From contig CP178758.1 of NCBI GenBank assembly GCA_047651235.1, positions 720,001 to 752,000 of the forward strand: a stretch of DNA of 32,000 bases. Reading direction: 5' to 3'. This document shows positions 1 to 6,869 of this stretch, piece after piece. The DNA comes from Candidatus Electrothrix yaqonensis. GTDB taxonomy: Bacteria; Desulfobacterota; Desulfobulbia; Desulfobulbales; Desulfobulbaceae. How positions within the stretch are numbered: position 1 is the first letter of the stretch; each line of letters begins with the position of its first letter. The notes beneath the pieces are model-generated. The model had not been told where the DNA came from. It made no database searches and was given only the letters and a program-made list of their open reading frames with translations. Both the position numbers and the translations under genes were made by a program.

Positions 1-1
1 G

Positions 2-727
2 TCGTTAACCGGTGGCATCAATGTTTTGCCTCAACGTATGGCTTCCGAATTGGACGTGAGACTTAATACATCGGTACAATCGATGTCGATTGATAAAACC
101 GGCATAGAACTGAACACGGACAATGAGCGGATTTCTGCCGACAGGGTCATACTCGCAACCACTGCATCTGTTTCGAGAAACTTATTGAAAGAACCGTCGG
201 CCATTGAACGGAAGCTCTTAACCACGCCATACAGCTCAGCAATCGTTATCGCCCTTGCAGTCAAAGACTCATTTGGCATTGCACCCGAAATAGCGCGGCT
301 CTTTGGTATCCTGATACCGAAAAAGGAGAGAAATGTTGTTAACGCAATAGCGAATGGGGATCTGGGGAAAAAAGACAAGAGCCGAGTTGCCGACGGCAAG
401 TTGCTTGTGGCTTTCTTGTCGGGTAAAGCGAGTTCAGAAATGATCGATTGGAATGACAGAGATATCCTTGCCGTTGTTTTGAAAGACATGGAAAAGTATG
501 TTGTCGGCATTTCGGCAAATCTGCTTTTTACGAAAGTATATCGTTGGAAAGAGGCAGCGGCTATGTCCCCACCGGGAAGAAGCAGAAATATTGCCCAGTA
601 TAGAAAGAACGTTCATCATTCTATGAAGGTTTTCCTCGCAGGCGATTATATGGGATTTCCCTGCACAGAAGGGGCGGCAGAGAGTGGAAAATGGGCTGCA
701 GAGGCCGTTATGAGGAATCTCACCTAA
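2..727 (+). CDS. FAD-dependent oxidoreductase, C-terminal part (amine-oxidase / protoporphyrinogen-oxidase / phytoene-desaturase superfamily); 5' end lies outside the window
   Basis: The frame is open from nt 2, with no stop before the listed Met at 26. The C-terminal segment FLAGDYMGFPCTEGAAESGKWAAEAV is the typical FAD-contacting end of this flavoprotein superfamily. Confidence 0.6.
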   Translation, partial: SLTGGINVLPQRMASELDVRLNTSVQSMSIDKTGIELNTDNERISADRVILATTASVSRNLLKEPSAIERKLLTTPYSSAIVIALAVKDSFGIAPEIARLFGILIPKKERNVVNAIANGDLGKKDKSRVADGKLLVAFLSGKASSEMIDWNDRDILAVVLKDMEKYVVGISANLLFTKVYRWKEAAAMSPPGRSRNIAQYRKNVHHSMKVFLAGDYMGFPCTEGAAESGKWAAEAVMRNLT

Positions 728-1041
728 CCTTAATGCAGCGAACGCCCAAATCTGCGCCGCTGATTTCGGTCGCTATGTAAGAGGATATTTTTCTTCGATA
801 TAATTTCGTGTCATTCTGATCAATCGCTCCACCGGACCGCGCTGGCGTAGCTGGTATACAGCCATGAAGCTACGATAGGCGGCAACGGAATCCCGTCCTG
901 TTTTATTCTTAATTATTAGAAAAGCTGGCAACAGACTGAACCGGGTCCCTCAAGGCTCGTTTTTTTTACAGGCAGTAAGGAGGCGTCCATCGGATGAACG
1001 CTCTCTGACGAATAACTCTATCTATAGAAGGAATTAGTAAA

Positions 1042-3417
1042 ATGAACGTAAGTATCGGCCTGATGTTTATGGCTCTGACAACTCTGATGCTGGAACTGAC
1101 GCTGGTCAGGGTCTTTGATGTAATTTGGTATCCTAATATGGCCTACATGGTCATCACTCTGGCGATGTTCTGTTTCGGACTGTCCGGCGTTTATTCCTCC
1201 CTGCGGCCTTTGAGCCGTGACACGGATCCGGGACGTTATCTTTCTGTTCTTGCCCTGTTGTTCAGCATTTTCGCCCTGCTGATTCTGCCTGCATTAAACA
1301 GCCTGCCGTTTAACTTTGACATTTTATATGAATCACCTGTGAAAGGTGCGGCACTGTTTCTTATTATGTACCTGATTCTCATCCTCCCGTTTTTTTTTGC
1401 AGGTCTGGCCTTTACTACGGTTTTTTCTGCCTATGCGGGAAAAATTCAGCGCCTCTATTTCTGGGATCTTGCCGGAGCCGCTGTGGGCTGCCTGATGCTT
1501 ATTCCCTTTTTACCGCCGATCGGTCCGGGAGGGATTCTCTTTCTTGCTGCCGCCTTTGGTCTGCTTGCCTCCGGCTGCTTTTCATCAAGTAAAATCTGGA
1601 CTGCTGCTGCAATAGTTTTCTCCGTTCTGCTGACTGCTGTTCCCTTTATCCATGACGGGTATTTTGAATTTAAGGATCATATCGATAAACGCGGGGTAAA
1701 AAAAGCCAGAGATAAAGGATTTGTGCAACTGTCGCATTGGGATCCGATTTCAAGGATCGATATTATTGACTACGGCAAGATGAAGCATGTAGCCTATGAC
1801 GGGGGGTCCCAGTCATCCTTTATTATCCCGTTTAACGGCGATTATGTGCAGCTCCGCCAGGATGTACTCAACAACATAGGATACCATTTCTACGGAAGCA
1901 ATGTCTGGCTTTCCCATGCTCTGAAAAAAGACAGCAACCAGGAGGTGCTGGTGATCGGTGCTGCCGGCGGTTCTGAAACAAAGGCGGCATTGATGTTCGG
2001 TGCCGCTCATGTGGATGCTGTTGAGCTGGTCGGGTATGTCGTTGAGATCGGAAAAAAAATATACAATGAATATAATGGCGGAATTTTCAATGATTCCCGG
2101 GTGAACGCCTTGCGTGGCGAGGGCCGGAGTTTTCTCCGATCCAGCAATAAGATGTATGATATCATTCAGATGTACAGCAATCATACCAGTTCCAGCATTG
2201 CTGCCGGGACCGGGGCTATGGCCACAACCTACCTGCAGACCGTTGAAGCCTATAAAGAATACTTCACCCATCTGAAAGAAGACGGGATTCTCCATATCAA
2301 TCACCATGTCTATCCGAGGATGGTGGCCACAGCCGCTCGGGCCTGGAAGGAACTGGGCAGGAAAAATTTCTATCAGCATATCATTGTCCTGGAAGCGGTA
2401 AAAGAAGATTTTCAGGATAACCTGCCCACCATGCTGATTAAAATGAAACCTTGGACAGAGCAGGATCTGGAGCAGATAACGTCCTATTTTCCGGCAGTGA
2501 TGCAGCCTGTTGTCAATCCCCTGCAGCCTGAAGCCGGTATGCTGTCTGCTGATTTTTTTACCGGAGAGCTGCCGGAAAAAATTATCCGCAACGCAAAATA
2601 CCATCTTGCGCCGTCAACGGACAACAGACCGTATTTTAACTTTTTACGGAAGAGTATCCGAGAGCTTGAGGCTGATCCGTCCACCTTCTTGAATTATTCC
2701 ACAGCCTCGCTCCTGAATTCGCAGCTGAAGAACGGCTGGATCCCGTCGGATGTCATCCATCTCATTGTCACCGCTGCCGCCTCCCTGATCTTTACGTTTT
2801 TGTTCCTCCTTATCCCCATGCTGTTTTCTGCGGCAGGCAAAACTGCCTGGCCCGGAAAAATCGCCTCTCTGGTCTACTTCTCCTGCCTGGGAGCCGGATT
2901 CATTATTGTGGAGCTGGTCTGTATCCAGATTTTTATGAAGCTGGTGGGCTATCCGCTCTACACGTACAGTGTGGTGGTCTTTGCTCTGCTGCTGGCCGCC
3001 GGGGCAGGCAGTGCTGTGTCCCAAAAAATGAACATCACCCCGAACAGCCGGTGGCTGATTCCCTTTATCGGTACTTTGGTGACCAATATCCTGCTGCTGC
3101 TGAGCTATCCGCTGTACTTTTCGCTCTTTCTGCAGACTCCGACCCTGGTTCGGATTATCGCGGCAGCTGTGCTGATCTTTCCGGTTGGCTTCTTCATGGG
3201 CATGCCCTTTCCTCTCGGCATTCTGACGATCAGAAACAAGCCTCGGGGCGCTATTGCCTGGGCTTGGGCCATGAACGGTCTGTTCACCGTTATAGGAGGA
3301 ATCAGCAGTGTGCTGCTCTCTATTTATGCAGGATTCCGGGTTACCCTGATTGCAGCGATGCTTATCTATGCCGTTGCCTTACTGGCCTATCTGCGGCTCC
3401 GGGCAGCAGCGGCATAG
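1042..3417 (+). CDS. Large polytopic membrane protein with a central spermidine-synthase-like (class I SAM-dependent transferase fold) domain
   Basis: 791-aa ORF. It has several N-terminal hydrophobic helices, then a soluble core with VLVIGAAGGSE...HVDAVELV...MYDIIQM (Rossmann motif I and acidic post-I arrangement of SpeE-like enzymes), then a second block of helices. GAAGGA lies about 8 nt upstream of the ATG. Confidence 0.7.
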   Translation: MNVSIGLMFMALTTLMLELTLVRVFDVIWYPNMAYMVITLAMFCFGLSGVYSSLRPLSRDTDPGRYLSVLALLFSIFALLILPALNSLPFNFDILYESPVKGAALFLIMYLILILPFFFAGLAFTTVFSAYAGKIQRLYFWDLAGAAVGCLMLIPFLPPIGPGGILFLAAAFGLLASGCFSSSKIWTAAAIVFSVLLTAVPFIHDGYFEFKDHIDKRGVKKARDKGFVQLSHWDPISRIDIIDYGKMKHVAYDGGSQSSFIIPFNGDYVQLRQDVLNNIGYHFYGSNVWLSHALKKDSNQEVLVIGAAGGSETKAALMFGAAHVDAVELVGYVVEIGKKIYNEYNGGIFNDSRVNALRGEGRSFLRSSNKMYDIIQMYSNHTSSSIAAGTGAMATTYLQTVEAYKEYFTHLKEDGILHINHHVYPRMVATAARAWKELGRKNFYQHIIVLEAVKEDFQDNLPTMLIKMKPWTEQDLEQITSYFPAVMQPVVNPLQPEAGMLSADFFTGELPEKIIRNAKYHLAPSTDNRPYFNFLRKSIRELEADPSTFLNYSTASLLNSQLKNGWIPSDVIHLIVTAAASLIFTFLFLLIPMLFSAAGKTAWPGKIASLVYFSCLGAGFIIVELVCIQIFMKLVGYPLYTYSVVVFALLLAAGAGSAVSQKMNITPNSRWLIPFIGTLVTNILLLLSYPLYFSLFLQTPTLVRIIAAAVLIFPVGFFMGMPFPLGILTIRNKPRGAIAWAWAMNGLFTVIGGISSVLLSIYAGFRVTLIAAMLIYAVALLAYLRLRAAAA

Positions 3418-3553
3418 CTGCTTCATCCTGGTATCATGCCGAATACCTGTTGAAATCATATGCAAGGGAGGATAGTATTATCCAAAAGATGCGTCAGGCC
3501 GAATAAGGTAAGCTCCGAATGTCGGACGAAATCTCAACTTCCGGGGGAAAAAA

Positions 3554-3793
3554 ATGCGGGGAAAGATATTCTGGGGACTGGTAATCCTTCTGTTTCTTGG
3601 AATAGTGATTATTCCGTTTCTTCTGCCCTCTGATGATGCAGGTTACGCTGAAGCCCAGTATTACGAGGATGACGGCGGGGATGGCATAGATATTGACTTC
3701 AAAAAACGCAGCAGAAAGAAATACACAACCAAAAGAGCCTCACGGAGCGTCCGTTCAGTAGGCGGCTCCCGAAGCTACCGCAGCGGCAAATAA
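3554..3793 (+). CDS. Small single-pass membrane protein with an acidic linker and an Arg/Ser/Lys-rich tail (function unknown)
   Basis: 79-aa ORF. It has an N-terminal helix (IFWGLVILLFLGIVIIPFLL), an acidic YYEDDGGDGIDIDF stretch and a basic tail KKRSRKKYTTKRASRSVRSVGGSRSYRSGK. Its stop codon abuts the next gene's start. No family recognised. Confidence 0.45.
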   Translation: MRGKIFWGLVILLFLGIVIIPFLLPSDDAGYAEAQYYEDDGGDGIDIDFKKRSRKKYTTKRASRSVRSVGGSRSYRSGK

Positions 3794-5341
3794 TTGCTCT
3801 CCATGCCTGCGGAACACTTCCGGCTGACCGCCTCACGGGCGGCGGTGCTCCAGATTTCAGTGCTGGTGGTCGCGCTGTGCGGCATTGTCTACGAGCTGCT
3901 CATCGCCACGGTTTCCTCGTACCTGCTCGGCAACTCGGTGCGCCAATTTTCTGTGACCATCGGGCTGTTCATGGCGGCAATGGGGCTGGGTGCCTACCTC
4001 ACCCGCTTTGTCAGGCAGCATCTCATTGCCCGCTTTGTCATTATTGAGATCTTGGTGGCCCTGACCGGCGGTCTTTCCACGATCATCCTCTTTCTGGTCT
4101 TCCCCTGGTCCGAATTCTACGAGCCCACCATGTACAGCCTGATCGTTGTGATCGGTACCTTGGTGGGCATGGAGATTCCTCTGCTTACCAGAGTCCTGAG
4201 TGAGAGCAGCGATATCCGGCGTTCCATTGCCGATGTGCTTTCCCTGGATTACGCGGGCGCCCTGATCGGCTCAGTTGCCTTTCCGCTGCTCCTGCTCCCC
4301 TTTCTCGGCCTGTTCCGGGCCGGATTTATGATCGGTCTGTTCAATGCCGGGGTGGCCCTGTTTAATGTTGTTGTCTTTTCCGCCCTGCTCCGTTTTCCGC
4401 GCCGCTATGCTGCCCTGGCAATTCTGGTCTGTGCCCTGCTGATCTCCGTGCTGATCACCAGTGAGCGGATTACCTCCTTTGCCGAGGGACAGCTCTACGC
4501 GGACCGGATTATCTTTTCCAAACAGACCCCGTATCAGAAAATCGTGCTGACCAGGGAGGAGGGGACCCGCTGGCATCGGCTCTACCTTGACGGCCACATT
4601 CAGTTTGCCGAGGTTGATGAGTACCGCTATCACGAGGCCCTGGTTCATCCGGTGCTCTCAGCCCCCGGTTCCCGCGCAGAGGTGCTGCTCCTCGGAGGAG
4701 GTGACGGTCTGGCAGTCCGGGAAATTCTCAAGTATAAGGACGTGGAACACATTACCTTGGTGGATATTGACCCGGCCATGACCAGAATCTGCTCCACCTT
4801 GGTGCCGATCACCCGTCTGAACAAAAACGCCCTTCAGGACAGCCGGGTTACCATCCGCAATGAGGATGCCTTTGCCTTTCTTCGGCAAAGCAGCGCGTCT
4901 TTTGACCGGGTGATTATTGATCTGCCGGACCCGCATAACGAGGCCCTGAGCAAACTGTACAGCGTGGAGTTCTACCGGCTGCTCAACAGGCGACTGGCAA
5001 CCAACGGCTTGGTGGTCAGCCAGTCCACCTCACCGCTGCTGACCCGGGAGACCTTCTGGGCAGTGGGCGCAACCATGCGCAGGGCAGGTTTTGCGGTTTC
5101 CCGCTATCAGGTCAATGTCCCTTCGTTTTCCGGAGACTGGGGCTTTACCTTGGCAGCCCGGCCCGGTCAGCTGCCTGCAGCTTTTTCCATTCCGGAAGAG
5201 AAAACCCGTTTTCTTACTGATGAAGTCATGGTTGCTGCGGCTGTTTTTGCCAAAGATGAACAGCCTAAGCTGGCACTGACCAATTCGATTTTTGAACCGA
5301 AACTGTACCTGACCTATAATCGGGAAGTCGCCCGATGGTAA
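3794..5341 (+). CDS. speE: Membrane-anchored polyamine aminopropyltransferase (spermidine synthase family)
   Basis: The N-terminal ~200 aa are hydrophobic (multiple TM helices). The C-terminal domain carries the canonical SpeE motifs YQKIVL, LYLDGHIQF, YHEALVHP, VLLLGGGDGLAVREILKY, ITLVDIDP and DLPDP. The start is TTG 3794 or ATG 3803, directly after the upstream TAA. Confidence 0.85.
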   Translation: MLSMPAEHFRLTASRAAVLQISVLVVALCGIVYELLIATVSSYLLGNSVRQFSVTIGLFMAAMGLGAYLTRFVRQHLIARFVIIEILVALTGGLSTIILFLVFPWSEFYEPTMYSLIVVIGTLVGMEIPLLTRVLSESSDIRRSIADVLSLDYAGALIGSVAFPLLLLPFLGLFRAGFMIGLFNAGVALFNVVVFSALLRFPRRYAALAILVCALLISVLITSERITSFAEGQLYADRIIFSKQTPYQKIVLTREEGTRWHRLYLDGHIQFAEVDEYRYHEALVHPVLSAPGSRAEVLLLGGGDGLAVREILKYKDVEHITLVDIDPAMTRICSTLVPITRLNKNALQDSRVTIRNEDAFAFLRQSSASFDRVIIDLPDPHNEALSKLYSVEFYRLLNRRLATNGLVVSQSTSPLLTRETFWAVGATMRRAGFAVSRYQVNVPSFSGDWGFTLAARPGQLPAAFSIPEEKTRFLTDEVMVAAAVFAKDEQPKLALTNSIFEPKLYLTYNREVARW

Positions 5342-5380
5342 CTGCCCGATAGTAACCTATTGCACAAGGAGGAGGATGTG

Positions 5381-6247
5381 ATGATGAATCTTTCAGAAAC
5401 CGGTGAGTTATATTACGGCATGCTGTACGTTGTCCTGGGCATTGCGGTACTGATGCTCAGTAAAGTTGTCGTCAACCGGCTGACTCCCTACAAAATCAAT
5501 CACGAATTGATCCGCTCGGATAACCCGGCCCTCGGTGTCACCCTGGCAGGGTATTATGCCGGGGTGATCATCGTCTTTCTCGGCGCAGTTGTCGGCGACA
5601 GCAGCAGACAGCTCGACAGTATTTCTGCGGCACTTGCCGAAGCTGGAATTGACCTGTGCTATGCCGTCTTCGGCATCCTGGCCCTGAACTTCTGCCGCAG
5701 GGTGGTGGATCTGGCTATCCTCTACAAGTTCAGCACAGTGAAAGAAATCATCAAGGACCGTAACGTCGGCACCGGCGCGGTGGAAGCAGGCGCCATGATC
5801 GCAACTGCTCTGATGATCGCTGGGGCTATTCAGGGGGAAGGCTCCTTTGCCACCACTCTGGTGTTCTTTCTGCTTGGCCTGTTTCTCCTCATCCTGTTCA
5901 GCCGTTTTCATGCCATGCTCACGCCTTATGACGATCACGATGAGATTGAAAAGGATAACGTGGCAGCAGGCGCTTATCTTGGCATGTCCATGATCGCGCT
6001 CGGCATCATCGTGCTCAAGGCGACTGCCGGAGACTTTGTCAGCTGGGGCTACAACCTTTCCTGGTTTGCCGGATACGCGATACTCGGCTTTCTCGGACTG
6101 GCTGTGCTGCAGAAGATGATTCTGGTGGTGTTCCTGCCCGGCGCTGATATCGAGGAGGAGATCAGCCGTGACCGCAATCTCAATATCGCCTGGATCGGTG
6201 GCACACTCAGCATCGGCATTGCTGCTGTGATCTTCTTTCTGCTGTAG
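5381..6247 (+). CDS. DUF350-family integral membrane protein (duplicated DUF350 module, YjfL-like)
   Basis: Four repeats of the DUF350 half-motif: LTPYKINHELIRSDNPALG, KFSTVKEIIKDRNVGTG, LTPYDDHDEIEKDNVAAG and LPGADIEEEISRDRNLNIA. Each is followed by a Gly/Ala-rich helix, as in E. coli YjfL. AAGGAGGAGG sits just upstream of ATG 5381; the ORF track starts at TTG 5360. Confidence 0.8.
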   Translation: MMNLSETGELYYGMLYVVLGIAVLMLSKVVVNRLTPYKINHELIRSDNPALGVTLAGYYAGVIIVFLGAVVGDSSRQLDSISAALAEAGIDLCYAVFGILALNFCRRVVDLAILYKFSTVKEIIKDRNVGTGAVEAGAMIATALMIAGAIQGEGSFATTLVFFLLGLFLLILFSRFHAMLTPYDDHDEIEKDNVAAGAYLGMSMIALGIIVLKATAGDFVSWGYNLSWFAGYAILGFLGLAVLQKMILVVFLPGADIEEEISRDRNLNIAWIGGTLSIGIAAVIFFLL

Positions 6248-6282
6248 CAGTCAAACCCTGTCAGATAAAAGCAAGCAAGAAG

Positions 6283-6320
6283 GAATCTGCCCGGTGCGGG
6301 TGGGTTCTTTTTTTGTTTTT
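6283..6320 (+). terminator. Probable Rho-independent terminator after the DUF350 gene
   Basis: GGAATCTGCCCG / CGGGTGGGTTCT can pair into a ~12-bp stem (including G-U pairs) around a GTG loop. It is followed by TTTTTTTGTTTTT. Confidence 0.55.
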
Positions 6321-6420
6321 CAGGGAGCAGGTTGCCGGGCATATTGCAGATATTGCTCCTTTCCTGTAAGGTATGAGGTACTGTGCAATCTATACGTAAT
6401 CTCTGCTGGAGGAAAATATT

Positions 6421-6822
6421 ATGGAACCCGTTATTGCAACGGCAATCATCAGCGGTATTGTCAGCGGTGCTGCCGCTGCTGCAACCCAGACTACTATTTC
6501 TGGAATCGGAGCAGCCTATACTTCGCTCAAGAATTTGCTGGTCAGGAAATACGGCGAAGAGAACAAGGTGACTGAGGCGGTGGAACGATTGGAGCAGGAG
6601 CCGGATTCTGAAGGCTGGAAGCTCCTTCTGCAAGAAGCTGCGGCAAAAGCTGAGACGGACAAGGATGCCGAGCTTGTCAAGGCGGCAGAAGCGCTGCAGG
6701 AAGAGGTAAAGAAGGTGCAGGGCGGTAATGTTGATGATGTCAGCATTGATCAGAAGGTTTCCGGTGATCACAACAAGGTGATTGCCATCGGCAAGGGCGA
6801 TAAAGTGAATATCACCGCCTGA
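6421..6822 (+). CDS. Small putative membrane-targeting effector (Bell/HeLo-like architecture) with a C-terminal motif matching the N-terminus of the downstream NLR
   Basis: 133-aa ORF with GGAGG 8 nt upstream. It has an N-terminal Gly/Ala/Ser-rich hydrophobic helix (MEPVIATAIISGIVSGAAAAATQTTISGIGAAY), a charged helical middle, and the C-terminal sequence SIDQKVSGDHNKVIAIGKGDKVNITA. Assignment to a named family was not verified. Confidence 0.7.
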   Translation: MEPVIATAIISGIVSGAAAAATQTTISGIGAAYTSLKNLLVRKYGEENKVTEAVERLEQEPDSEGWKLLLQEAAAKAETDKDAELVKAAEALQEEVKKVQGGNVDDVSIDQKVSGDHNKVIAIGKGDKVNITA

Positions 6823-6823
6823 T

Positions 6824-6853
6824 TGTAGGGTCACGGCGCGCCGTGACCCTACA
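6824..6853. repeat. Perfect 30-bp GC-rich palindrome between the effector and NLR genes
   Basis: TGTAGGGTCACGGCG|CGCCGTGACCCTACA. Every base was checked by hand. It starts 2 nt after the TGA at 6820-6822 and covers the GTG at 6843. Confidence 0.95.
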
Positions 6854-6869
6854 GCAGACTATTGGAACA

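Noticed and set aside
728-1041. Possible riboswitch or sRNA in the 314-nt leader upstream of the 791-aa gene (hairpin CGTAGCT-15 nt-AGCTACG around 848-876; T-run near 960)
   Set aside because: I recognise no riboswitch consensus. There is a single short hairpin, and no convincing stem precedes the T-run. That is insufficient to call a feature.
3051-3506. 151-aa + strand ORF overlapping the end of the 791-aa gene and extending into the intergenic region
   Set aside because: It is out of frame with, and mostly nested in, the well-supported membrane-protein ORF. It has no RBS, and its composition is typical of an off-frame read of a hydrophobic gene.
6049-6834. 261-aa minus-strand ORF spanning the DUF350 3' end, the terminator and the whole effector gene
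   Set aside because: It is antisense to two well-supported + strand genes and runs across an intrinsic terminator. The product is Cys/Arg/Leu-rich junk with no RBS or motifs. The + strand 133-aa ORF has a good RBS and a motif shared with the next gene.
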